Shown piece by piece: positions 1 through 11,937 of a stretch of DNA of 64,000 nucleotides. Each line of letters opens with the position of its first letter. Within the stretch, counting starts at the first letter, position 1. The notes under the pieces are model-generated. The model did no database searches, was not told the DNA's origin, and saw only the letters and a list, made by a program, of their open reading frames with translations. Source of the stretch: Botryllus schlosseri (taxonomy: Eukaryota). The translations under genes and the position numbers were made by a program. Location: positions 23,810,001-23,874,000 of the forward strand of contig CM119372.1 in the NCBI GenBank assembly GCA_051294905.1. The letters run 5' to 3'.

Positions 1-140
1 TTCTATCGCGATGTCGTCCTGCGAGTCACCATCAGTAACGATAACTGCAACCTTTGTCACGTCTGCGTCCATTCGAGCGCCTTTTTTTGCGGTGATTGCC
101 ACAGTATAAAGGAAGTTAAGCGCAGCGCCAGTACGCGTTC
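1..140 (-). CDS. VWA-domain protein exon 4 (partial, runs off the window): GTRTGAALNFLYTVAITAKKGARMDADVTKVAVIVTDGDSQDDIAIE. Matrilin/FACIT-collagen-like VWA
   Basis: TTTTGCAG acceptor in phase 1 (G|GA). VWA motifs GGTxTGxAL, GAR and KVAVIVTDGxSQD supply the MIDAS Thr and Asp. Confidence 0.93.
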
Positions 141-395
141 CTGCAAAATCGAAATTTTTGTTCCGTGGCGAACTAAGTTTTGAAGGATTACCAATATGCT
201 ACAACGTACCCACACCGGCTATTGGTTGGGTTGGGCGTATACGATCATCCTGGAGAAAGCTCGTCAGTCGGGTAATATTGAATCATGACATATGGGCAAT
301 GAACGATGAATAAATTGAACATGGCGCCAATGCATTGGTTGACATAGTATACATGGAAATCCGTGAGTTGTAAACTATTACTGCACATTCTTAGC

Positions 396-1137
396 GAGAC
401 TTGGGCATTGTGCGGCCCGCGAAGCGATTCTGAGCGGCCCGCGTAAAGTCCCTTGAAGTTTAGACTATAAAATCTAGTTACCGTTGTTACTGCGTGGAAA
501 AAAACTACCGTATAAAGTGATCCGGAAATGCGTTTACTTTGAAGTATATAGTTTATTTATGTACAGTGATCACGTAACCTACGTACGTCGTGCGACTTCG
601 AGTAATTCAGGTTCAAAATAAAACTAATATAGCAAATTTTGCTGTATCAATTAAATTCACTGTTTCCATCTTGAAGATCAAATGCTGTTTGTTTTGCCAT
701 ATCTGTGCTTTAAACTGTTACGTCATAGGTTTCCAAATCCTAATTCGTAAAATAGTACAACCAGTGCACGTGATTGAAGGTCATTCAAACTCACAAACGA
801 TGTTATGTCAAGCAATGAGAGATGCGGCTACATTTCAACAAGATTTAGTGCACTGAATATTTGTTTAATGAATTGAGCCGTGACCCAGTCTTTTAGATAT
901 TGGCGAGAACGGAACAGGTCTCTGTGTGCAAGGAATATGATTTGAGTAATCATAATAAGAAAAATCTTGCAGTGAATACATATGCACTTCGCAAGCAAAG
1001 CAGAAATGCTATTTTACCAAGTCATACACATATGTGTACGCAGCCTAATACTAATGCATCCACTTAGCAACATTTGTTAACAACTTTTGTCTTTGCTTCA
1101 CATTTGGCCCGCCGGAGAAAATCATTTCCCACCCCTG
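396..1137. mobile_element. Non-autonomous hAT (Charlie-like) element
   Basis: Right end CCCACCCCTG, degenerate left end, GCGGCCCGC subterminal motifs, TSD TTCTTAGC/CTCTTAGC. Confidence 0.7.
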
Positions 1138-1269
1138 CTCTTAGCGAAAATAGTGTGTATTCACATTTGAAGAGCCGTAAAGGCTGGTACACAAAAACAG
1201 AACATAACTCAGAATAGGGATGGTGTGAACGTAAGGTTCACGTTCGTGTTCTGCATGTGAGCCTCATAT

Positions 1270-1421
1270 GTTTGTTTGTTTTTTTTGGGTATTCATGGTG
1301 TTTTTCGACTACTATGGTCATTTACACCAGGCCGTTATTCTTCTCATTTTCCGTAACTGCCGACTTATAGCACGGCCCACCTCTAGGCTTTTTGTAAGAC
1401 ACCGCTGACGCGGATGAGGTG
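1270..1421 (-). mobile_element. 5'-truncated tRNA-derived SINE family 1
   Basis: Matches the 3' half of 44982-45258, with (AAAC)n tail and 13-bp TSD GTGAGCCTCATAT (1257-1269, 1422-1434). Confidence 0.9.
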
Positions 1422-1569
1422 GTGAGCCTCATATATTTAGAGGTACACGTTCACAAACGAACCTTGGTAGGATTTGCACTGGGAACCTTTTTCATATATT
1501 ACAATATTCACGTCATTATAACATCTTTAGTTGAAATTCTTTGCATTTCAACTTAGGGTCACTCTATGC

Positions 1570-2461
1570 TAGGGTTGGGACTTCGGGATCAAATTTGAAA
1601 TCCCGGGATCGGGATTTCCCGGGATTTTCGCTCCTCAATCCCGGGATTCCCCGGGATTAGAAAAGTAGTAAAATACACATACAAGTTACACAAATAACAT
1701 TTATTCCTTGTGATATTGAATTGGCGCAAAACATAAGAGCATCAAGAGTATCATCGTTTAGATCAGGGGACCCAAACTCCAATTTGCTCGCGAGCCAATT
1801 TCGTAGTTTTTGATGACGCAGCGGGCAGCAGCATCAAATAGGGGTATAATATGTATTTCCCAGTACGCCTTTTTTGTCGGACCTTGCAGATTAGCATTCC
1901 ATACACATTATGAAAATGTAATACACTATTGTAATATTAACGGTTGTCACGAAAAGTCATATTTTTCAATATTTTTTAAAAATATTGTTGTGCTTGGCAT
2001 AATTTGGCGACATAAGGAGTTATATAGACAGTTAGAAACCATGCGAGACGGCAAATGCATCGTGACATCGTAAAAGCTGTCGCATTATAATTTAGCAGCT
2101 AGTGGGCGTTTGATGTGTGATAGCGATTCAGGTTTTTGGAGTGGTTTCAGAATGAAATTTCAAGTTCTCAAATCCGAAATCTGAAATTTTCGAGTTTAAT
2201 ATTGTCGAATGCTTGAAAAGTCAAAACGCCGACGTGGGCCGCAAAAACAGTTTTGGCGGGCCGCGTGTTTGAGGTCACTGTTCTAGACAATCAGCCGATT
2301 TTGTGACACTGCTTTATTACCAAAATAAGAGATATGGCGCTACATAAGCCTTGGTAGATGCTGTTCACAAATCCCGGGATTTAATCGGGACCAATCCCGA
2401 GATCGGGATTGCTTCAAATCCCGGGATCCCGGGATCGGGATTTCCCGGGGTCCCAACGCTA
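1570..2461. mobile_element. Non-autonomous hAT with CCCGGGAT subterminal repeats
   Basis: TIR TAGGGTTGGGAC/GTCCCAACGCTA and perfect 8-bp TSD CTCTATGC. Confidence 0.88.
1764..2280. mobile_element. Charlie-like hAT MITE nested in 1570-2461
   Basis: CAGGGGACCCAAAC...GTTTGAGGTCACTG with TSD GTTTAGAT/TTCTAGAC. Ends are related to 19961-21124. Confidence 0.75.
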
Positions 2462-3602
2462 CTCTATGCATGGCAAGCAGCATAGAATTTAAACACTAAA
2501 CGAGCATGATCCATGCCAATCTCCAAAAGTTTCCTTGCTTTGTTACAGAAGTTTTCTCAAAATATTCAGCTCTTCGTTTTTGTGAGTATTTATTGACACT
2601 CTGCTGGGAGCTTGACTTGCAATCACACAACATCAAGAGCGAAATACTCTACATTTAGGTAGTCAGCGAATGATGCTTATTCAACGAATAAATGAAATTG
2701 ATATAAAAAATAATACATCGCTGTCTGATTTGGTATGTTTAATGTATCGTAAAACCAAATCTGTGCGATTGGGGTGTTGGCTATATACTGTATAACTTGT
2801 TAATGGAGTAATATCGGTAGCAAGAATAGAAACCCGTTTTGAACTCTATACTCAATATCAATGTAGCAATAGTCAAACACCGAAAACATGTCCGGTCAGG
2901 CCTTGACTGCTAAGGCGTAAGCTTACAGTCCCTTGCAAGTCATCGTCGAAATTCTTGGCAAAGCGACGGAAGATATTGATTTTATGGGCTTATTATATCC
3001 TTTGATTGACCCAATTGATACATTTGGAGACGTTTAAAAAGTCAGCATGTACTTCCGCATTTTAGCATAATGTGGCCTGAATCATACCTAGGTATCGTGC
3101 ACATAGTACATAAAATCACTTCACTAAAACGTAGGATTGCAACTAGCAATATGGCGTCACGTGACGTCATAGGTTCACGTTCGCGTTCACAAAGAACCTT
3201 TCAAAAAGGTTCGCATCCACACGAACCTGAACCTTTCAGAGGTTCACATCATCCCTAACTCATCGCGGTTATAAATTGTACGTGCTTACGTGCATATACC
3301 TTCCTTCGTGCATGCGTAATTTTGGATTAACATTTTGTACTCGATTTATACCGCGGTATAAGTCTGAGGTAGGTTCTAGTTTCGTGTATCATGTGTGTAT
3401 ATTCACACCCTTATATCAGGGGTGGTACATGGGTGGAAATACACACTCTTTTCGCTAAGAGTGCAATGACGTAAATAATGACGTAAAGTAATACTACATA
3501 ACGAGCATAGATCATAGAGAAATGTCCGAGGTCCATCCTTGGGAGATAACGGCGCTTTATATCCGACTGCATGATCGATGAATACATAAATCATATGCGC
3601 AC

Positions 3603-3705
3603 CACCCCGCAATCGGGGAATCTTTTCGATTGCAGTTTTCATCTTCTCCGTGGTCGCGAACTCTCCGAGTTCAAGCTCTAGACGTATATGGTTGCTAAAT
3701 TGTAC
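3603..3705 (-). CDS. VWA-domain protein exon 3: VQFSNHIRLELELGEFATTEKMKTAIEKIPRLRG+G
   Basis: TTTCTTTAG acceptor in phase 0 joins IGV|VQFS. GTGCGC donor in phase 1 (a GT 3 nt earlier is also possible). Typical VWA 'VQFS...AI..I...GG' segment. Confidence 0.9.
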
Positions 3706-4899
3706 CTAAAGAAATTATAGGATTATATACTGATGATAAACTATAACCAACCCAAGATAAATTTGTGCCATGTTCCTCCATTGCAGCATGCTGCAATATC
3801 AAGTATGGCGCACTCCATTCATACACGGCATGAAATAAACCAAGGACTATAGTTATGGGCAAAATTGAGTGCCTGAACGGAATCGAATATTGATTTGTAA
3901 TAGATTTTCAAATGCTGATTCTGACAATTTATTCGGAATATCAGGCAGCATCGTCGGCTCACTTCTAATCAGGCACTTCCATATCACGAAATAATGCCTT
4001 CTTGGCAGGAGATTGAACATCACTATCGTGTATTCGGAAATCGTCCCGAGACCACTTTTGCGTTGAAGATCCATGGTGTTGTTGTTTATGGTATTCATGG
4101 TGTTTGTCGACTAAAATGGTCGTTCACACCATGCCGATATTCCTTAGTTTTGATTCCATAACTGCCAACTAGTAGTAGGCCTACGGCCCACTCCTGGGCT
4201 TTTTGTAAGACACCGCTTACGCGATGATATGGCGAGATAGGAGCCTAGATAAACCTCCAACACTTGCGTAGGATATTCTGGAGTCGACCTCGGTCGGACT
4301 CGAACCCGCAACCCATTGGTGTTATTGTAGCTGTGGATTATACCACTATACCAGTGGTTCTTAACCGCCGGTCCGCGACGACCTTCCTACCGGTCCGCCG
4401 GGTAAATTACAAATTGTTACCTTAATTTCAAGATGCAATTTTGAAGACTTCTTCATTGATAAATAAATTAAACATCAAAGTTTAAACTGATTCAGAACTT
4501 CGTGAGGTAACTGTTTCATATCTAAACGGCGCGGTTTGCGCAATCATTCACTTTCGATTCATTCGTTTGTGCAGGACCGTATCTGGGGCACCCCAAACCA
4601 GCCCAACTGGAGAGGAGCCGAGTTGGAAAGGGGCCCAAAATTATTTTGCAAATGAACATAAATCACACCGTAATTTAAAAAAAAACTTTTTCCAATATTT
4701 TTTAAATTCTTTATGCGGTTTGCGCAACTTAGGAACGGTTGCATCAATCGCAATCGTTTCTTGATCGCAGACCAAATAATACGGATCATCAGCGTTTCAC
4801 AGCATAGATGATGATCAGAGCCCATTATCGGTGACATTTGATCGGTAAAATTGGATCCACCTCGCGAGGTGGTTCAAGGAGTTGATCGGCAGTAGAAAC

Positions 4900-5450
4900 A
4901 CCGTCCGAACGATACGCCAGACAATATGTCCGACTGTCAGTACAGTCCGAGGATACCCCATACATGGCGTCCGAGTGTCAACACAGTCCGAGCATAGCCT
5001 ACCCCACACATACGGCAGACATGATGACCGAGTAGCAACGCAGTACGAACATAACCCAGACATAGGTTACCCCAGTCGTGGCGAGATAGCGGAGTGGTAT
5101 AATCCGTGGCTGCAACACCAAATGGGGGCGGGTTCGAGTCCGACCGAGGTCGACTTCGGAATTCCGATACCTAAGTGTTGGAGGTTTACCTGGGCGCCTC
5201 CTAGACACCTCATCCGCGTAAGCGGTGTCTTACAAAGAGCCTGGAGTTTGGCCTACGGCCGTGCTATAAGTCGGCAGTTAAGGAAAATAATGAACAATAT
5301 CGGCCTGGTATAAATGACCATAGTAGTCGACAAACACCATGAATACCACAAACAAACTAACAAACATACCCCAGTCATGATATCCGAGTGTCAACATAGT
5401 CCAAACATACCCCAGACATACCCAGACATGTTGTCCGAGTAGCAACGCAG
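4900..5450. repeat. Degenerate minisatellite (GTCCGAGT..CAAC..AGTCCGA..ATACCCCAGACAT motifs), interrupted by a SINE
   Basis: Recurring GTCCGA/CCCAGACAT units on both sides of the SINE. Confidence 0.7.
5078..5366 (+). mobile_element. Full-length tRNA-derived SINE family 1
   Basis: A box TAGCGGAGTGG, B box GGTTCGAGTCC, AAAC-type tail and 10-bp TSD TACCCCAGTC (5068-5077, 5367-5376). Confidence 0.92.
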
Positions 5451-6651
5451 TTGGTTACGCTGCGTCATGTGTCTTCGCTATGTAGTTACTAATTTGTGTT
5501 TTTATCGTGCAGGCTTGTTTTTATCTCTCTCTATCTAACTCTAACCGCAGGCTACCACTATTTTAAAACCTAATTTCACGACCCATTTGCTGTATTGGGA
5601 CATTTCATCGGTACATCGATTATTACAATACATATAATTTCTGCCTCCATCTGCGAATCGTCATTTGTCCGGATCGGCCGTGGAATTTGAGTTCAATTCA
5701 AAAAGTGGTTTCAATAACTGCCCTTAAGTTAGGAGCAGTTAAAAATGTGCTCACAAGTACTCTAGTACAGGTGAAAACATCCACTCAATTGTGGGGGCTG
5801 GGGTTGAAGCCCCAGGAAGTTTGGCTTATCGTCGTGTGGGGGCCAAGACCAACGTTTTTGGGAGTGAGCAGACGAAGTGCTTTTTGATCTGGATTTGCGG
5901 ATGGCCAGTATAGCGGCTATAAGGTGTGCGGCGCATTGTATTCGTATAGTTGTCTTAGTAGCTTGCGCCTGGTGGTAGTGGGCAATGAGCAAGATAGCAC
6001 GACAAGGTGCTTGGTTCGACTCCGAAACGCTTTTTCTCTCGATATTGTCGATAAGAAGAATATTATTCGAGTTGGTGTGGTCGGTTAAACCCACGGCCTT
6101 CGGCGCGGAAAACTGTAAACGACTCTCGACGTTTACCTGGACAAGGCGATTTTATCTCGACTCAGCAGACTCACTACCATGAAATCGTACGGATGCCATA
6201 ATTAAGATAATTAATTACGATCAAACCCCTCTAAATTCCCCTCTCTAGCACCATATAATTGCAATAAACCGTTGCATACTTTACATTTTGGCTTCATTTC
6301 AATTTGTGAAAGTCCACCGGTCCGCCAAACATTTTTTGAAATTCTACCGGTCCTCCAGGTGAAAAAGGTTGAAAACCACTGCACTATACGCTATCTCGCC
6401 ACTTATAGTGTCAGCGATGTCGTTCAATCGAATAGCGAGGATCTTCGCTGTATGGTGCCAATTCAGAATGTTATATTTGGACTGAATTTGGGTACAAAAT
6501 TTGCCATTATTCTGACTTTAATTCAGAAGCTTGAATGAGTACTTTCCTAGCCATGCCCAAGGTCGCAACGTAAGAGTGTCTGCCGTTCTCGAGATTATTC
6601 AAACGACCCAATGATCACCATCGGATACAATATTTTGGAATGTCCATGAAC

Positions 6652-6837
6652 TAGGGCGGAGCATGGACCGGAGCCGGATTGGATATCCAGCCGAATTGTT
6701 TAAATTTCGGCCGAACCTGATCGGAGCCGGATCAGTACTTTTTCCTGATACGACCGGAGACGGATCGGAGCCGGACTGGAGAATTGAAAACCCGGATCGG
6801 AGCCGGACCAGAGAATTTGTCGATCCGCTCGGCACTA
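6652..6837. mobile_element. hAT MITE with CCGGATCGGAG repeats
   Basis: TAGGGCGGAGC...GCTCGGCACTA with perfect TSD CCATGAAC. Confidence 0.85.
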
Positions 6838-7286
6838 CCATGAACACCATGAAAGGTAATTCAGTATGGGCGTGCACTAGTAGTGTAGCTATGGAGCCTT
6901 GGTACGCACCAATCAGAGAAGGCCACGTCGCTTTAATAGCCACGCCTACGGGACGCCCATTGCCACGTCGCCTCGATTGCCACGCCTATATGCGCCCATT
7001 GCCACGCCTTGATATTCTAATGTTTTGTGAATTTCAATACCGATTTTCCATGTGTATTTAGCAATAGCCTATGTATTGAATAACTTGCTTCCGAGAAATA
7101 AATAACATTCATTATTAGGAATTCGAACTAACTTTGCCAATATCTTAATTTTTATTTTTTAAATTACTAATCCACATGAGTCGAGATGTCGTTAAGTAAA
7201 TTATTTTTAGGTATTAATCATTACGAAAAATTTACGAAGTTCCGATACACTATATTTTAATTTCTAAAAATTACCAATCCACATGA

Positions 7287-7402
7287 GTTTGTTTGTTTGT
7301 TTTTGGGGTATTCATGGTGTTTATCGACTACTATGGTCATTTACACCAGGCCTATATTCTTCTTGTTTTTCCGTAACTGCCGACTTATAGCACGGCCCAC
7401 CT
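7287..7402 (-). mobile_element. 5'-truncated SINE family 1
   Basis: 3' part of the SINE with tail, flanked by CACATGA repeats. Confidence 0.85.
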
Positions 7403-8149
7403 CACATGAACGTTTTATAATACGAGTTGCTTTGTTTGGAATACATTCATGTTAAAATTAATTACTGGGTACATTACTAAATTAAATGTGAGCAGATGTA
7501 TGCATCCCATTCTCAGTTGACTTACTTATTGTTACACAAAGCACTAAGACAAAATCGAATCCCATTAATTTCCCGCAGATGTGAATTCGGAATGGTTCGA
7601 ACCACGGGGTATGGTACCGTACCCGATTGTTGTTATAACAACCTTGATTTGACCCTGAATATACCACACACAATTAATATATGGTCCTCGAGCGCGATGA
7701 AAGCGCGAAATATTACCAATATCAAAGTCTCTAAATGACCGAGTGGACTTTGACCTCTTCCCAGGACCGAAACTGCTGCAACCCTAACCCCTAATCGGTG
7801 AGCGCGAAAGGTCACCTAAATTATTTCGGTGAATGATTATACAAATCACACCACATGTTTTGACGACTCCCCCACGGAAGAATACTCATAATTACAGAAA
7901 ATAGATATGTGCATTTCGGCATCGGCCAATACCACGCCACGATGCACAAAGACATGTGAAGTTCCGGTCAATATCGGACTCCGAGATGTGTGTCAGAAAG
8001 ATCGTCAGCGAGAAAACCTTAGCAGAAGAGGATTTCCTTTCTGTTGACCATGAACTTCGATGTATATAGGTCTAATTGTCTATAGGTGCTTAAATCGCAC
8101 GTATCGAATTATCATGTCGTCTCAGTCTGCACTGCTCAAGACAAATAAC

Positions 8150-8767
8150 ATCCATCAGAGAAGTAATATTTGCTAGTGAAGAAATACCAATTTTGAATCG
8201 TGTGCTTACTTCAGTTTACTACGTTTATGCGTTTCAATATCTTTTGACTATAGCGGACAAAAGGTAACAAAATAACAACATGTAACGAATTAATTGTACC
8301 AACGGCCACGCCCGAATATGTTCAATTATTAATTACGTGGCCTTCATTTTCCAATACAACAGCTCACTCAGCGCTACAGGTAAATCTGATTACGTGGGCT
8401 GAGAGGATAAAAAGTTTATAGCTACATACATATGCAATTCCACCTCTTCACTCATGCATTATAGAACATTTTGGCGCCTAGAGCGACCAGGTCACACAAA
8501 CTTTGCTGACCATCGAAATCACGCAACGGGGTTTTTGGGGCAAAGCCCTCAGAAGTTTGATTTATCAGTCTATGGGTGCGCAAGACAATCGTTTTTAGGG
8601 GGCTGACGAGAAATTTGATTTATCACTCCATGGGTGCGCAAGACAATCGTTTTTAGAGGGCTGACGAAGTGCTGTTACGGCCCTCCTTCTTGCCCATTGT
8701 CTATATTACAATCCTTATAATATGAGGCGGAGGGGGGCGCTGGAGGAGAAAAGGTTAAGAACCACTG
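8150..8767 (+). mobile_element. Right part of the hAT family seen at 14595-16458
   Basis: Colinear similarity with that copy, ending GGTTAAGAACCACTG. Left end not found. Confidence 0.75.
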
Positions 8768-9389
8768 ATCTAACGTATAATGAATGTTATTCATTTCTAG
8801 GAAGCAAGTTATAATCAAAACATAGTGATCAAAATTATCGCAGAGCAATACCGATTTTGCGTAAATTCCGTTATGCGTCTGACTACGTTACTAGGGATTA
8901 TGTAGTTAGTTATGAAATTAGGAGTGCTATCTTCCCAATAGGTTTGGAACAACATCAAAATCATCACAAAGCAACATCGACTTTTGCGTGAATTCTGTTA
9001 TGCGTTTTACTACGTTAGTATGAGCACCTGCTTACAGGTGTCCAGACGTGGACTTTCTACTATATTCGCTCCTAACATTATAGCAGCACCCGACGCAGCT
9101 TACATTATTACGGTATAAGACGCCGGCGGCGTTTCACTGTCGATTTAATTTCCCTTATTCTAGTGCAGGGGTTCTCAACTTCCCATGTACAACGGGCTGC
9201 ATTTTACCTGCAAAAGACGTTGCGGGCCGCAAAACATTATTACCATGCATTTGTGAGTTTCTATCAAATTTAGACTACTGGAACCTATTTATTAGTCGTA
9301 TACGTGCGTCTGCCCATTTTTATGCATTTCAAAGCATTAATGGACAGCGTTCGTAAGTTTGCAATCGCTGTTTTTGTGAGAATATGTAT

Positions 9390-9925
9390 CTTCCGGCGTC
9401 GCAAGTAAATCACTTCATGGAGCGTGCATTGCATTAATTTCAAGTCGGTATATGTACCTTATTATTATTACACACGGTATTACTGTGACGCTTATCGCTG
9501 TTTCGGCCTTGTGCGTCACGACACGGTCACTTTTTTATTACAACAGAGGCCATTATCACTTCGAGCTCTCAGTGAAATGAGAAGAAGTCTGGCGTTTCGG
9601 GGTCATTTCAGAGCAAACCAATTAATCTATGTCCTTTCCTTTCGTGGCTGGAGCCCTCCACCAATAGTTACAGAAGTCAACTTTGTCAAGTTGATGTTTT
9701 TCGCTGGCCAGCTCCCCACGTTTTCCTTGTCAGCATTTCATCTGCAAATATGTCCACTCTGATAAAATGCACCAAGAAAATTATCTGTAATGTCTCTGAA
9801 GTCGGTGGATTCGTCCAATGCTAGGGGAAAGTAGTATACGCGGCAACGTGTGTCAGAACATGCGATAAAATGTCGACTGGCTACTCTTCTGGTCACGGTT
9901 GAATCGGACAACTTTAGCTTCAAAA
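9390..9925 (-). pseudogene. hAT (Charlie/ZBED5/GTF2IRD2-like) transposase remnant
   Basis: LSDSTVTRRV and FPLALDESTD (first catalytic Asp region), then frameshifted KLTSVTIGG..PA and HEVIYLRRRK, resembling the TTDGAPAM and EVRWLSRGK motifs. Confidence 0.75.
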
Positions 9926-9961
9926 TTTGTCAGGTGATGTAGGCTAGTCCTTGCTGCTAAG

Positions 9962-10156
9962 CAGTGTTCCCTCAAATTTTTGACGAGTCTGCGCACACTC
10001 ACCAACTTACTGCGCAGACCCTTGGAGAACCGTGCGTAAAGACTATAAAAAAAGGTCATCATCTCGGATTTTTTGTGCGTAACTTAGATTTTCTGTGCGC
10101 GCAGATCGTGTCAGCACTGCGCATTTGCGCACGTGCCCAGCTTGGAGGAAACATTG
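9962..10156 (+). mobile_element. hAT MITE family D (CAGTGTTCCCTC TIR, TGCGCA repeats)
   Basis: Ends CAGTGTTCCCTC...GAGGAAACATTG. Relatives at about 10470-10655 (inverted), 13700-13734 and 15177-15362. Confidence 0.75.
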
Positions 10157-11937
10157 CAGCTAAAGTCCCGGAAACAGCGAATATTCGCACAGTATGTTAA
10201 AGTATTAGTGAGATCACACCTTCTCTAGCAGATTTCTCGGGTTTAGCGATATTCCAATGCGTCTGTAACGTCGTTGGCAATTTTAATAATTCCTTGAACT
10301 ATGGATTACTGGGCTTGACGCCTAGGTACTAACTTTTTTCTAAGATCAGGCGATATGTAACCTAGAATAAACTTTAGTTGGATCGTTTTAAGCTTCTACG
10401 CTTCGTTACGACAACTGTTCCTCGACAAATATAGGTTTTCCATTTATATATGAGAAAGCAAATTCATCAAATTCAAGCTGCGCGCGTGCGCGGCCGCACA
10501 CTGCTGACAACGTCGCCACGCACTGAAAATCTGTGCCGCGCACAAAAAAAGCCAAAGTGAAAACCTTTCTTTCAGTCGTTACGCACTGTTGTCCAAGGGA
10601 CCGCGTGGTAAGTTGGTGAGTGCGCGCAGACTAGTGAAAAATTAAAGGTCCACACCAATACTGATTCTGAACAATAACAATCTAAACTCGAGAACATATA
10701 AAGAGACCAGAACACGTCAAAGAATGGGTATTCAAACAAAACAGCGACGGTGCGATGAGAGCTAAGTAGCTAAATTAATATGCAACAATGCCGGGCCAGT
10801 AGTAATTGCGGTCGAAGTGAAAAAGGCCGCGGACCGCAAAATGGACCTCCGCGGGTTGAGAACCCCTGCTCTAGTGACACGAAAAGGACTGAGTCGTATG
10901 AAATGTGGTGACTGCAGGAATCGAGCGAAGGCGTTGTTTCACGCCGTCTGGTCGTACCGGATGCGTTTGTGACGTTAACGCTACTACTGATATATTATGC
11001 TCGTTTTTCGAAATAAGTGAACATTAATTAATTAGTGATGATGACATTTCTCAATATTTACAGAGGTCTTGTGTATCATATATAGTCATAAATACACATG
11101 GATTGATTGCGCGAAATATATGTAGAATTTTAATATGTTGCCATAAAACTGCGCATAGTTCAACGTTGATGAGTGTTATCTGAGAGCTCATATTAACCGC
11201 GAAAATATATAGTCCTAAATACACTTTACACATAATAGAATATCTAGCGAATTTGTATAATGAATGTTTTTTATTTATCGGAAGCAAGTTATTTTCAATA
11301 CATAGTCCTGATTTTAATATGTACGCATAGAACCGTGCATATGATTTACGGAAGTGACGCAATGATTAATACCTAAAAATGATTTGCTCAAGGATATCTC
11401 GACTCATGTGGATTAGTAATTTTTAGAAATTAAAATATAGTGTATCGGAACTTCGTAAATTTTTCGTAATGATTAATACCAAAAAATAATTTACTTAACG
11501 ACATCTCGACTCATGTGGATTAGTAATTTAAAAAATAAAATATTGGCAAAGTTAGTTCGAGTCTCTAATAATGAATGTTATTTATTTCTCGGAAGCAAGT
11601 TATTCAATACATATTGCTAAATACACATGGAAAATCGGTATTGAAATTCACAAAACATTAGAATATCTAGGCGTGGCAATGGGTGGCATATAGGCGTGGC
11701 CATTAAGGCGACGTGGCCTCCTCTGATTGGTGCGTACCAAAGTTCCTTAGCTACACTACTAGCACTGAGCAGTGCAAGCAGGATATTTATTTGCTTTTGT
11801 CACAGTGAATCAGTAAGTCAGGGCTTGACTGTGAACGGTATGGGGTCGGGAACTATATATATGGCTATGGCTATATATTACTTTTTTTAGTATAAGATTT
11901 GTCTCTTTTCCAAATTGCTATTTTTGTAATACTTTAA

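Larger units (their letters stand above)
1215..3257 (+). mobile_element. Non-autonomous hAT family A (Ac-like TAGGGATG TIR), with nested inserts
   Basis: TAGGGATG...CATCCCTA ends with GTTCAC/GAACC subterminal repeats and degenerate TSD ACTCAGAA/ACTCATCG. Colinear with the copy at 13743-16621. Confidence 0.85.
384..3463. mobile_element. Old TIR element with CAC-start ends (possibly CACTA/EnSpm-like) enclosing most of intron 3
   Basis: After removing insert 396-1137 the left end reads CAC(A)TTCTTAGCGAAAATAGTGTGTATT. The right end AATACACACTCTTTTCGCTAAGAGTG is its inverse. No clear TSD. Confidence 0.55.
4352..6381. mobile_element. Non-autonomous hAT (CAGTGGTTCTTAACC TIR)
   Basis: CAGTGGTTCTTAACC...GGTTGAAAACCACTG with perfect TSD CACTATAC (4344-4351, 6382-6389). 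Confidence 0.88.
4078..6402 (-). mobile_element. SINE family 1, split by a hAT insertion (body 4078-4351, 5' head 6382-6402)
   Basis: The SINE sequence resumes exactly (GCTATCTCGCCAC) after the hAT right TSD. Confidence 0.85.
9166..10868 (-). mobile_element. Charlie-group hAT element with decayed transposase
   Basis: TIR CAGGGGTTCTCAAC/GTTGAGAACCCCTG and TSD TTCTAGTG/CTCTAGTG. Confidence 0.88.
6879..11760. mobile_element. Non-autonomous Polinton/Maverick-type element with long TIRs
   Basis: Ends AGTAGTGTAGCT...AGCTACACTACT. The inverted repeat 6879-7287 vs 11403-11760 is near-identical apart from indels. The 6-bp flanks are TGCACT/AGCACT. No coding remnant recognised. Confidence 0.72.

Noticed and set aside
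210..249. Candidate 40-bp minus-strand exon (DDRIRPTQPIAGVG) with CTCCAG acceptor and GTACGT donor
   Set aside because: Its phase-0 start does not fit the phase-1 end of exon 3, and direct joining already gives the canonical RGGTRTG.
7779..7795. AACCCTAACCCCTAA telomere-like motif
   Set aside because: Only about two units, so not significant.
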